From: a virus
Virus record (IMG/VR): IMGVR_UViG_3300009783_000001
Reading direction: 5' to 3' (one strand)
DNA length: 54,074 nucleotides
Shown here: piece after piece, positions 1-8,455 of the stretch
How the letters are laid out: every line of letters begins with the position of its first letter
Numbering within the stretch: the first letter of the stretch is position 1
Translations under genes and position numbers: made by a program
The notes under the pieces: model-generated
Told to the model about the DNA's origin: nothing
The model's database searches: none
The model's input: the letters and a program-made list of their open reading frames with translations, nothing else

Positions 1-123
1 CCCGCGCTGACCGAGGGGACCGGGCATGAGCGCCGCAGACCGCACCATCCAGCCGATGCGCGAGCGTCCGGGCCGACCTGTCGCCTCCGGCTTCACGCTG
101 CTGCCGCCCGCCGAGCAAGAACG
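1..123. repeat. terminal direct repeat, left copy (identical to 53952-54074)
   Basis: Base-by-base identity of the first 123 nt with the last 123 nt of the window. Confidence 0.95.
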
Positions 124-235
124 CGAGCGGGAGCGGTGGGCCGAGGTCCAAGCCCGCACCGCCACGTTCCGAGAGGAAGCCCACTTGTGCCGTGTCCGAG
201 CTATGGCCGCTGCACGAACGGCGGTGATCCGATGA
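26..235 (+). CDS. hypothetical protein (69 aa)
   Basis: ATG overlaps the stop of the preceding ORF (ATGA, seen intact at 53977-53980). Its own stop overlaps the next ATG at 232. No motif recognised. Confidence 0.5.
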   Translation: MSAADRTIQPMRERPGRPVASGFTLLPPAEQERERERWAEVQARTATFREEAHLCRVRAMAAARTAVIR

Positions 236-888
236 CCTCCACCCCTACCCCTGAACCCGGCCCCCACTCCCGAGCTTGCGGTTGGCGACCGCACGACCAC
301 GGGTCCGCCTGCTCTACGAACTGTCCGACCTGCCACGGACGCCCCGCCCCGTCTACTCCTGGTGAGGGAGACGGGCGACCGGGCGGATGGGTCGAAGGCA
401 TCGGCTGGGTGGCGCTGCTCTGCGACCTTGCTCCTGGTGATGTGTGGGCACCGCACCTGCCGCCAGCGCAACCGACGCACGTCGTCGGGATGCGCCATAA
501 CGGCACGATGGGCGCCTCGGTGCCCTTCTCGCCCTCTGTCGTCATCATCACCCGTTGGGCTGATGGCACCACCCCGGCGCCCCCTGCGTCTCCCGTACCA
601 CCGACCCCACCACCGCAAGCGGACGGCACCGGCCAAGCGCTCAAGTCGATGGCGATCGAGCTGGCGGTGGAGCGACGACGGGCCTCCCTGGCGACGGTCG
701 CCCTGCTCAACGCCTGCCGCGATGGCTGGGCAGATGGGGACTCTGCCGCTGCGAAGTACCTGGCCGAAGCCGAACTCGCCGCCGCCCCTCCCTCTACACC
801 AGCCGAATCCAAGGGACAGTTCGCTGTGAGCTTCACTGTTTCTGGGGCAACAAGGACCAAACGTGGCGAGAATGGGACAACCGCCTAG
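232..888 (+). CDS. hypothetical Pro-rich protein with Cys/His cluster
   Basis: 218 aa from ATG 232 (ATGA coupling). CGWRPHDHGSACSTNCPTCHG cluster followed by a PAPPASPVPPTPPP linker. Family not recognised. Confidence 0.55.
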   Translation: MTSTPTPEPGPHSRACGWRPHDHGSACSTNCPTCHGRPAPSTPGEGDGRPGGWVEGIGWVALLCDLAPGDVWAPHLPPAQPTHVVGMRHNGTMGASVPFSPSVVIITRWADGTTPAPPASPVPPTPPPQADGTGQALKSMAIELAVERRRASLATVALLNACRDGWADGDSAAAKYLAEAELAAAPPSTPAESKGQFAVSFTVSGATRTKRGENGTTA

Positions 889-911
889 AAAGGCTCTTCG
901 AGGGCCGTAGA

Positions 912-1247
912 GTGCTAGATGAGGTGCTCACCATGGAGGCCTACCAGGGGGACCTGAGCACTGGTCGCATAGTTATGGGGTTCGATGTACAACAGGGGAG
1001 CCCAGTTCCCACTTTGTTCTACATGATGGCCAGGGGTCAACAGGTGATGGCGCTTTACACCCTACGCTACGTCCAGGACTTCGGGTACAACTTCGAAAGT
1101 GCCCATGAACTAGCCTGGAGGGCGGTTTGGGGCGATACCCCGGAGGAAAGGGCCGAAAATACCCCGGGCCCCGCCATTGTTGAGCAAACATTCTTCGTTC
1201 AGCGACGACTGGGCATGATTCCGCCCGGGGCCACTTGGGATCGCTGA
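912..1247 (+). CDS. hypothetical protein (111 aa)
   Basis: GTG 912 or in-frame ATG 933. Coding-like composition. Followed by a promoter-like element. Confidence 0.5.
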   Translation: MLDEVLTMEAYQGDLSTGRIVMGFDVQQGSPVPTLFYMMARGQQVMALYTLRYVQDFGYNFESAHELAWRAVWGDTPEERAENTPGPAIVEQTFFVQRRLGMIPPGATWDR

Positions 1248-1277
1248 AAAACGGGAATAAAACACCATCTTGGTTCC

Positions 1278-1307
1278 TTGACGGGGAGAATCGACTCGTG
1301 ATAGACT
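1278..1307 (+). promoter_or_regulatory. sigma70-like promoter upstream of terS
   Basis: TTGACG (1278-1283), 18-nt spacer, TAGACT (1302-1307). Confidence 0.5.
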
Positions 1308-1346
1308 CTTAGGGTAGCCACTCGCAGCACGAACGCAAGGCCCACA

Positions 1347-1961
1347 ATGCTCGTCGCCGACACCGCAACCCCCCAGATCTTCGACATGACGCAGGTGATC
1401 GCACCTTCCAAGTCGAAGGCTGGTCGGCGTCATCCGGACCACCCCGACCTGAGCATGAACAAGAAGGCGATTCGCAACCGCACTCGCCGACGGGGCCGGA
1501 TCACGACCAAGGAGTTCGAGGAGCTCTATCGGCCGATCGAAGAGTGGGACGAGGAAGAGCTCGCTCGAGGTCGACCCCGTGCGAAGGACGGAACCTTCCG
1601 GGGTACGGCGCCGAAGTGGCTCACCCGGGAAGTCCACGAGACTGCCATGGCACGGTTCAAGGAGATCGTGCAGGGCAAGCTGCGTGAAGAGGGCATCACC
1701 GCCCTGAGCGTCATCCACTCCATCCTCGCCGATGAGACGCTGGATGATCGAGGCAAGCCGGTCGTTCCCGCCTCGACGAAGCTGGATGCGTCGAAGTGGC
1801 TCATCGAACAGGTGGTGGGCAAGCCCAAGCAGACCACGGAGACTGACATCAGCGTCAAGCTCCAGGCCGTGCTGGCTCACGCCATGGTGGGAGGCGATGC
1901 CGCTCCCTCGCAGCTCGAGCATGCGGTGTGGGAGATCGACTCGACCGAGGACGACGAATGA
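1347..1961 (+). CDS. terS: terminase small subunit (putative)
   Basis: 204 aa with a basic N-terminal segment (RNRTRRRGR). C-terminal KLDASKWLIEQVVGKPKQ motif resembles small-terminase families. Sits in the packaging module. Confidence 0.6.
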   Translation: MLVADTATPQIFDMTQVIAPSKSKAGRRHPDHPDLSMNKKAIRNRTRRRGRITTKEFEELYRPIEEWDEEELARGRPRAKDGTFRGTAPKWLTREVHETAMARFKEIVQGKLREEGITALSVIHSILADETLDDRGKPVVPASTKLDASKWLIEQVVGKPKQTTETDISVKLQAVLAHAMVGGDAAPSQLEHAVWEIDSTEDDE

Positions 1962-2404
1962 CTGACTCTGACATCTGCGAGATGTGCCCGCATCCTCGTG
2001 AGGATCACGTACCGCCTCACATCATGCATCCCTTCACCCCGAAGGGCTCTGGCGCATCCCTGCCGACGAAGAAGGACATGCAGCAGGCATCATCATCGGG
2101 CGGCACCCGCTCGCATGAGGGATCGCCAGGGACGCCGCTCATCAAAACCCGTAAGGGCGAAGGGGTCGACCTCGCATTGCGGGTGGCCCTTCTCAAGGCG
2201 GGAATCATCACCCAAGAACAGATCGCTGCGGCAGAGAAGGACATTGAGGCTGGTGGAATCATCTTCATTGCTCCAGGGGGACCAAGCGCTGATCACGTGG
2301 ATCCTGGATCAGGGTCACCTGGAAGCGCCGAGGGAGGCGTGCGGGGTGGCAGTGAAGCTGACGGAGAATCGCCGCCGAGGCTTCCGTTTGCCGAATACGG
2401 CTGA
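1958..2404 (+). CDS. hypothetical protein; 3' end uncertain (may join the JAB frame)
   Basis: ATG 1958 overlaps the terS stop (ATGA). Protein-like up to ...KDIEAGGIIFIAPGG. The last ~40 codons are low-complexity and are the JAB gene read out of frame. Confidence 0.45.
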   Translation: MTDSDICEMCPHPREDHVPPHIMHPFTPKGSGASLPTKKDMQQASSSGGTRSHEGSPGTPLIKTRKGEGVDLALRVALLKAGIITQEQIAAAEKDIEAGGIIFIAPGGPSADHVDPGSGSPGSAEGGVRGGSEADGESPPRLPFAEYG

Positions 2405-2615
2405 CGATCCACACCGCCGCTTCAGCTTCCAGACGAAGGAACTGCACGAGGTCCTGCGGGGCTTCCGACAAGACCAGGTCATCATCTGGCACACCCACCC
2501 GGGTGGCACGGTCGGGCCCAGCGAGGGCGATCTGACCGAGGTCATCGACGGGGTGAGCTACCTCGTGGTGACAATCCCAAGTGGAGAGGCCTCCTGGTAT
2601 GGCAAAACCCAGTAA
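2268..2615 (+). CDS. JAB/MPN (JAMM) metallopeptidase domain protein
   Basis: REACG ... HTHPGGTVGPSEGD gives the complete E...HxHx7SxxD JAMM signature. TTG 2268 is the first possible start in this frame segment. Confidence 0.75.
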   Translation: MLQGDQALITWILDQGHLEAPREACGVAVKLTENRRRGFRLPNTADDPHRRFSFQTKELHEVLRGFRQDQVIIWHTHPGGTVGPSEGDLTEVIDGVSYLVVTIPSGEASWYGKTQ

Positions 2616-2793
2616 CCGACGGGTCAGTGAGTTCGAGGGCCGCCTCGACAAAGACAAGACCATCCCGATCAAGCCTCGTCCAGTGCGACGACCCAGCCAT
2701 CGGCTGCGCATGGGGTATTTGACCGGAGACGACAGTGGACGATCGCCCCGTGACAAGGGTCAAGCCTTCCGAGGCGAAAGGAAACCGGAGTAA
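2599..2793 (+). CDS. small basic hypothetical protein (64 aa)
   Basis: ATG 2599. Its stop overlaps the next ATG (TAATG at 2791-2795). Fills an otherwise empty 180-nt gap. Confidence 0.35.
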   Translation: MAKPSNRRVSEFEGRLDKDKTIPIKPRPVRRPSHRLRMGYLTGDDSGRSPRDKGQAFRGERKPE

Positions 2794-4118
2794 TGGTAAC
2801 AGCACTTCCTACCAACTTCAACACGGGTCAGATCACCGGCCGCTTCGTCGACCTCCAGGGTCGATTCGAGCAGGGCAAGATCACCTTCGCCGCCCGTGCT
2901 CCTCGGTTGGAGTCAGATGGCACCGATACGGTGGTCATCGGGGTTCCGATCGTAGTCGAGCTCATCAACGGCGAGATCAACATCGCGTTGCCCGCCACCG
3001 ATGACCCAGACATCACCCCCACTGGGTTCACGTACCAGGTGACCGAAGACTTCTCGAACGGTTACCTTCGTCAGTACGACATTGATGTGCCGGTTGGTAG
3101 TGTTACCGACCTGAGCGACGTCGTCAGTACTGACCCCTCCACGGGTGAGACGGTCATCAGGACTCCCAGTGATCCTCCCCAGCTGATCGACCTCACCGGG
3201 GAATCTGGGGCTGTTGCCTTGGATCTGAGCACGGGTATCCATGAAGTGGAGCACTCGGTCAGCGCTGTACTCATCCAGTGCGATGACTCGGTCACCTTGA
3301 CCGTCACTCCGCCCTCTGCTCGACAGACGCGGCTCGGTGTGGTTGTTCGGGTGACCGGCGGCGGTGACGTGGTCTTGAAGGTGGCGGGCAACGCTGATGA
3401 GCTCTCGGGTAGCGATGAGGTCTCGGCGTACTTGGAGCCAGTGCCCTCGGGGCTGGAGACTCCGATGGTGTTCGGTCCTCGAGTGAACCCCACCTCCATC
3501 AGCGAAACGATGACCTGGTCGGCGATCGACGCCAAGGGTGATCTCCTGGTTGGCACCGCCAACGACACGGTGGGTCGCAGGTCGGGCCCGACCACCGCAG
3601 GCGAGGTTCTGGTGGGTGACCCCAGCGACCCTACGGGGCTGGGGTGGGCATCTGGTGACCCCCTTGGAGCCTTCACTTGCGCTCCTACCCCAACCCTGTT
3701 GGCGGCCTTGGCCAACCACATGTTCGCAGCTCGCTGGTGGGGTGGCGGAACTTTCACCAAGATCGCCGTGCTCATCGGCACCAGTTCGGGCAACATCTGC
3801 GTAGCCGCTTACAGCTCGATCAACTCGAGTTACCTGGCAATCCCGAATGCTCGCTTGGGTACTTCGGGGTCAATCCCTTGTCCTGCTGGAGGTTGGGCGG
3901 AGATCTCGCTCGGCGGCTCAGTCTCATGGGCAGCCGGAGACTGGGGAGCGGTTGGCTGGGACAATGCCACTGCAACATCCTTTGGTTCTGCGGCTTCAGC
4001 CTCAACCCTGGGAGGACACGGCTTTGCTCGATATCAGGCCTCAGCATTTCCGGCTCCAACCACCCTCTCGCCCGCTGGGTCGGGAGATCGCCAATACCGA
4101 CTCTGGGGGGTCGCATGA
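2793..4118 (+). CDS. tail fibre / receptor-binding-like structural protein (putative)
   Basis: 441 aa. N-terminus NFNTGQITGRFVDLQG...GKITF resembles actinophage minor-tail/fibre N-termini. Gly/Ser/Ala/Trp-rich C-terminal half. Confidence 0.45.
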   Translation: MVTALPTNFNTGQITGRFVDLQGRFEQGKITFAARAPRLESDGTDTVVIGVPIVVELINGEINIALPATDDPDITPTGFTYQVTEDFSNGYLRQYDIDVPVGSVTDLSDVVSTDPSTGETVIRTPSDPPQLIDLTGESGAVALDLSTGIHEVEHSVSAVLIQCDDSVTLTVTPPSARQTRLGVVVRVTGGGDVVLKVAGNADELSGSDEVSAYLEPVPSGLETPMVFGPRVNPTSISETMTWSAIDAKGDLLVGTANDTVGRRSGPTTAGEVLVGDPSDPTGLGWASGDPLGAFTCAPTPTLLAALANHMFAARWWGGGTFTKIAVLIGTSSGNICVAAYSSINSSYLAIPNARLGTSGSIPCPAGGWAEISLGGSVSWAAGDWGAVGWDNATATSFGSAASASTLGGHGFARYQASAFPAPTTLSPAGSGDRQYRLWGVA

Positions 4119-4492
4119 TTCGCATTGTTGACAACGAGGATGAGCGGTACCCGGACTGCGTGCTGATCGAGTGCGTGGATGACCTCAGTGGAGAAATCCT
4201 CTGGAGGTCTTGGGCACCAGAGGACGTTGACCCGGCGATCCGGCTCAACCCCGACTCCTACCCGGTCGTGGATGATGTCCGCACCACGACGGAAACCGAG
4301 ACCATCCACTACCGTGTTCCCACGGTGGCCGAGTTCACCGGTCTGGCAGGGAGCTACCAGGAAGATGCCCATCGTGTCATCGCCACCTACGCTGCGGTCG
4401 TGGAAGCGGTAACGGTGTCCGAGGCCGCCAAGGCAGCACAGGTCGACGAGCAGGTCTTGGTCGACGAGGCCCAGGGCTGGTCCGGGTGGTAG
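4115..4492 (+). CDS. hypothetical protein (125 aa)
   Basis: ATG 4115 overlaps the upstream stop (ATGA). Acidic with coding-like composition. Confidence 0.55.
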   Translation: MIRIVDNEDERYPDCVLIECVDDLSGEILWRSWAPEDVDPAIRLNPDSYPVVDDVRTTTETETIHYRVPTVAEFTGLAGSYQEDAHRVIATYAAVVEAVTVSEAAKAAQVDEQVLVDEAQGWSGW

Positions 4493-5535
4493 CTCCTGGC
4501 CGAGTCGGGCGTATCGTACCAGCCCCGGAAGAACTTCCGGCTGGTTCTCGGTATGCCTCGCCCACCGGAGGCGGTAGCGGCCTGTCGATCGACTCGCCGA
4601 CCACGTTGTCCTTGGCGATCGCTGACGCAACTCCCGGAGCGGTGGTGGTCATCTTGCCGGGCTCGTACACAGGTATTGGAGCCATCAGCAAGACTCTGAC
4701 CATCCGACCCCCGCTGAGCAACAGCGGTTTCTCGGTTGTTCAGTCCTCTGGAACGATCTACCCGGATCGAGGAACCTTCGGTTCTTTGACCCTGGATGGA
4801 GTCAAGGTTACTTCGTTGCTGGGAACTGCGGGAGGTACCGAGTACTGGACCTCGTTGACCCCCTCTCAGGTACCCACGTTTGAGCCCAAGATGGGCGTGC
4901 TGTTCATGCACGGCGCTACCGCCAATGAGTTGCAGCCTGTCCTCTCTTGGCCCTTTGCGATCGGCAACATCACTCGTACCCTGGCTCAAGCCGGTTACTC
5001 AGTGCTTTCGATCTACGGAGGAGGTGACACCTGGGGTAATGCTGCGTGCATGAGCCTCATGTCTGACGGGGTCGAATACCTGAAGAGTCACCTCGGAGCA
5101 AAAGCGGGCAAGGTGGCTTTGATCGGGGGATCCATGGGCGGCTTGGCTGTTGCGAACTGGGCTCGAGCCAACCCCTCCCAGGTTGCGGCCATCGTCGGAC
5201 TTACCCCGGTCTCGGATGTCACTGATATCCACACCAACAATCGAGCCCTCTTGGCGAGCTCCATCAACGGGGCTTATTCAGGTGGGTGGTCTGAAGCTGT
5301 CTACGGCGCTACGCGAAATCCCCATACCTACGCGGGTACTGATCTGGTGGGACTCGCTTACAAGGCCTGGTATGGCGCATCCGACACGACCGTAATCCCC
5401 TCGACCGTTACTGATGTGGCTACCGCTATCGGTGGAACTGCTTCAGCAGTTTCGGTAACGGGCAACCATACCACTGCCTTGAGCAACATCCCGCCAGAGG
5501 ATGTCCTGGCTTTCCTGAACGCGAACGGTACCTGA
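4486..5535 (+). CDS. alpha/beta-hydrolase (esterase/lipase-like) with N-terminal beta-helix-like segment
   Basis: Nucleophile elbow IGGSMGG (GxSxG) preceded by FMHG, with a C-terminal GNH. N-terminus SPTTLSLAIADATPGAVVVILPGSYTG resembles pectate-lyase-fold starts. Confidence 0.7.
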   Translation: MVAPGRVGRIVPAPEELPAGSRYASPTGGGSGLSIDSPTTLSLAIADATPGAVVVILPGSYTGIGAISKTLTIRPPLSNSGFSVVQSSGTIYPDRGTFGSLTLDGVKVTSLLGTAGGTEYWTSLTPSQVPTFEPKMGVLFMHGATANELQPVLSWPFAIGNITRTLAQAGYSVLSIYGGGDTWGNAACMSLMSDGVEYLKSHLGAKAGKVALIGGSMGGLAVANWARANPSQVAAIVGLTPVSDVTDIHTNNRALLASSINGAYSGGWSEAVYGATRNPHTYAGTDLVGLAYKAWYGASDTTVIPSTVTDVATAIGGTASAVSVTGNHTTALSNIPPEDVLAFLNANGT

Positions 5536-5537
5536 GC

Positions 5538-6914
5538 ATGGAGTTCGAGCAGCTTCCAAAGGTTTTCGACAAATCCCGGTACTTTGAGGGTGTTGGATAC
5601 GTGCCCCACGACGCTCAGGTCGAGATCCAGTACGACCGGCATCGCCACCGTGCGCTTTCGAATGGCCGGCGCTGGGGCAAGACCTTCTTGGGTGCCCGAG
5701 AAGCGGAAGCCACTGCGTACGTGAAGAATCGCCTGGGTGAACCCCAGCGAGGTTGGATCGTCGGGCCGAACTACACGGACTGCGAGAAAGAGTTCCGAGT
5801 CATCTACAACTCGCTGAAGGCCCTCGGCATCGAGGACATCAGCAGCAAGTTCGTCAACAACGTTGACAATGGCAACATGCACATCGCCACGAACTGGGGT
5901 TGGGACGTTCAGTGCCGATCCGCAGCTCACCCAGAATCCCTGGTGGGTGAGGGGCTCGACTTTGTCCTCCTGGTCGAGGCGGGCCGCCTCACTCGTACCG
6001 TGTTCACTCAGTACATTCGCCCTGCGCTCTCGGACAAGCGAGGCTGGTCGATGATGACGGGGGTGCCTGAGATCGCTACGGACACCTCGCTGCTCTACTG
6101 GGGGTACTCACGCGGCCAAGACAGCTCACGCCTGCCCTGGATGAGCTGGAAGAAGCCCTCTTGGACGAACACGGTGGTGTTTCCGGGTGGGCGCACCGAC
6201 CCTGAGATCCTGGAGGCCGAGGACGACCTCACCAAGGACGAGTTCGACCGGCAGTACGGTGGGGAGTTCGTCGAGAAGGTTGGCCGAGTCATCAAGGAGT
6301 GGGACGACGACATCCACCTCGCCGACCTGCAGTACAACCCCGCCTGGCCGCTCTACGCTGCCTGTGACTATGGCTACACCAACCCGTTCGTGTGGCTTTG
6401 GATCCAGGTCGACGAGTGGAACAACACCTACGTCTTGGGCGAGCACTACATCACGCTCAAGGACACGTACGAAATCGCCGAGTACACGCTCAAGACTCAT
6501 CCGCTGGTCGACAAGCTGCTCGCGTTCTACCCCGACCCTGCTGAGCCTGACGACACGGCGACCCTGCAGCGCATGCTGAGAGTCCCCGCTCGTTCCAACA
6601 CCGGGGGTCCACTCAAGGACCGCCTGGCACTCATTCGCTCGGCCATGAAGCCTCGGCCCGAACACGCCAAGCCCGAGGATCAGAAGCCCGCCCTGGTCAT
6701 CGACCGCAGCTGCACCCGCCTTGCCTGGGAGTGCCGTGAGGGCTACCGGTGGCCGAAGCACAAGGCTGAGGCAACCTCCAACGACAGTGAACTCCCCATG
6801 GACAAGGACAATCACGGTCCTGAGGCCCTCGGTCGGTTCATGAAGGGGTACCATGGGGTCGTGCAAGAAGATCGACGCGGTAGCCGCCAGCACAAGGTGA
6901 AGGTTTCTCGATGA
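5538..6914 (+). CDS. terL: terminase large subunit
   Basis: Walker A-like NGRRWGKTF and Walker B-like FVLLVEAG. Nuclease motifs ACDYGYTNPF and DKDNHGPEALGRF. Directly precedes the portal gene. Confidence 0.9.
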   Translation: MEFEQLPKVFDKSRYFEGVGYVPHDAQVEIQYDRHRHRALSNGRRWGKTFLGAREAEATAYVKNRLGEPQRGWIVGPNYTDCEKEFRVIYNSLKALGIEDISSKFVNNVDNGNMHIATNWGWDVQCRSAAHPESLVGEGLDFVLLVEAGRLTRTVFTQYIRPALSDKRGWSMMTGVPEIATDTSLLYWGYSRGQDSSRLPWMSWKKPSWTNTVVFPGGRTDPEILEAEDDLTKDEFDRQYGGEFVEKVGRVIKEWDDDIHLADLQYNPAWPLYAACDYGYTNPFVWLWIQVDEWNNTYVLGEHYITLKDTYEIAEYTLKTHPLVDKLLAFYPDPAEPDDTATLQRMLRVPARSNTGGPLKDRLALIRSAMKPRPEHAKPEDQKPALVIDRSCTRLAWECREGYRWPKHKAEATSNDSELPMDKDNHGPEALGRFMKGYHGVVQEDRRGSRQHKVKVSR

Positions 6915-8455
6915 GCTCTGATGACAACATCTACACGCCCTACGCGAACTTGGTGCCCTTCTTCGTCGAAGAGCCCATGTGGGCGCCAGAGACCGAGCGG
7001 GAAAGGGTCCAATCGTACGGGGTGTACGACGAGCTGTACTGGAACTACCGCAAGGCACTGAAGCTGATGTTGGCCGACGACCGGGATCCGGTTTATCTCC
7101 CGACCCCTCGCACGATCGTCGATAGCACGTCTCATTTCCTCCTCAAGGGCCTCCGTATCGCTCCCAAATCGGGTGAGGGCGAGTCACCCTTCAAGCAGGC
7201 GCTCGACGCGTTCTTCAAGCGTGAGAAGTTCATGTCGAAGTTCCACACCAACAAGCTGGCGGGTGTGCGCCGAGGTGATGCCTACTTCCACCTCACGGCT
7301 GACCCCAACAAGCCCGTTGGTTCCCGGCTCTCCATCAACGGCCTCGATCCTGCGTCGGTCTTCCCGATCTGGGACGACGATGACATCGACAAGCTGCTGG
7401 GCATGGACATCGTCACGCAGTGGGAGGGCGAGGACGGCAAGCCCCGGATCAAGCGGCTCCGGTACATGTACGAGTTCGGCCCGAACGGTCGTATGGTCTG
7501 GATGAGCGAGGGGCTCTACGAGGTCGAGGGCTGGTGGAAGGGCAAGGCCGCCAAGGTCGTTCAGATCTTCATGACCGACACCAAGCTCGACCCTCGCATC
7601 GACACGATCCCCGTCTTCCACTTCAAGAACCTGGATGACGTCGAGAACCCCTTCGGGTCGTCAGAACTGCGAGGCTTCGAGCAGCTCATCCAGAGCATCA
7701 ACCAGAGCGTGACCGACGAAGATGTCGCGTTGGCCCTGGAAGGTCTCGGTGTCTACGCAACCGATGCGCAGCCGCCCGTGAATGAAGCGGGTGAAGAGGA
7801 GCCCTGGATCATCGGCCCGGGTCGGGTGCTCGAGACGCCGGGCGGCACCTTCTTCAAGCGGGTCGAAGGTGTGGGATCGGTCAAGCCCATGCAGGACCAC
7901 ATCCAGATGCTGGCTGATGGGCTCTACGAGGCATCTGCGACATTCCGCCCCTCACAGGTGGATGTGCTGACCGCCGAGTCGGGTGTGGCCATGGCGATCA
8001 AGTTCATGCCGACCCTCGCCAAGATCGAGACCCGTGACCAGGATGGCCTGGACAACCTCGAGCAGCTCTTCTACAACTGGCGCAAATGGCACGATGTCCA
8101 CGAGGGCCAGCTCTTCACGGATGAGCTCGAGATCTCCATCGGTGACAAGCTGCCGGAGTCTCGCAAGGAGAAGCTCAACGAGCTCAACAACATGAAGGAC
8201 CGAGACGTGATCTCGGCGAAGTACTTCAGGGCCGAGATGGCCAAGTTGGGCTACATCTTCCCGAACGACGAGGAGATGGAAGACCAGATCTTCAAGGAGA
8301 AGGAACGCGCCCTGAAGCTGCAGCAGATGTTGGGCAACAACAACAACGCAGCTTTGGCTGGCGGCGACCCCAAGAAGGACACGATCCCGGGCAACGACAA
8401 CGCGAGCAACAACGCGAAGAAGCCCAACGAGTCGGGTGGCACAGAGGCCACTTGA
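6911..8455 (+). CDS. portal protein
   Basis: 514 aa, immediately after terL with start/stop overlap. Size, position and acidic/polar C-terminus are typical of portals. Confidence 0.8.
   Translation: MSSDDNIYTPYANLVPFFVEEPMWAPETERERVQSYGVYDELYWNYRKALKLMLADDRDPVYLPTPRTIVDSTSHFLLKGLRIAPKSGEGESPFKQALDAFFKREKFMSKFHTNKLAGVRRGDAYFHLTADPNKPVGSRLSINGLDPASVFPIWDDDDIDKLLGMDIVTQWEGEDGKPRIKRLRYMYEFGPNGRMVWMSEGLYEVEGWWKGKAAKVVQIFMTDTKLDPRIDTIPVFHFKNLDDVENPFGSSELRGFEQLIQSINQSVTDEDVALALEGLGVYATDAQPPVNEAGEEEPWIIGPGRVLETPGGTFFKRVEGVGSVKPMQDHIQMLADGLYEASATFRPSQVDVLTAESGVAMAIKFMPTLAKIETRDQDGLDNLEQLFYNWRKWHDVHEGQLFTDELEISIGDKLPESRKEKLNELNNMKDRDVISAKYFRAEMAKLGYIFPNDEEMEDQIFKEKERALKLQQMLGNNNNAALAGGDPKKDTIPGNDNASNNAKKPNESGGTEAT

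Noticed and set aside
232-888. HNH endonuclease near the terminase
   Set aside because: The Cys/His cluster (CGWRPHDHGSACSTNCPTCHG) lacks the spaced HNH/HNN pattern, and the rest of the protein is a Pro-rich linker. The evidence is insufficient.
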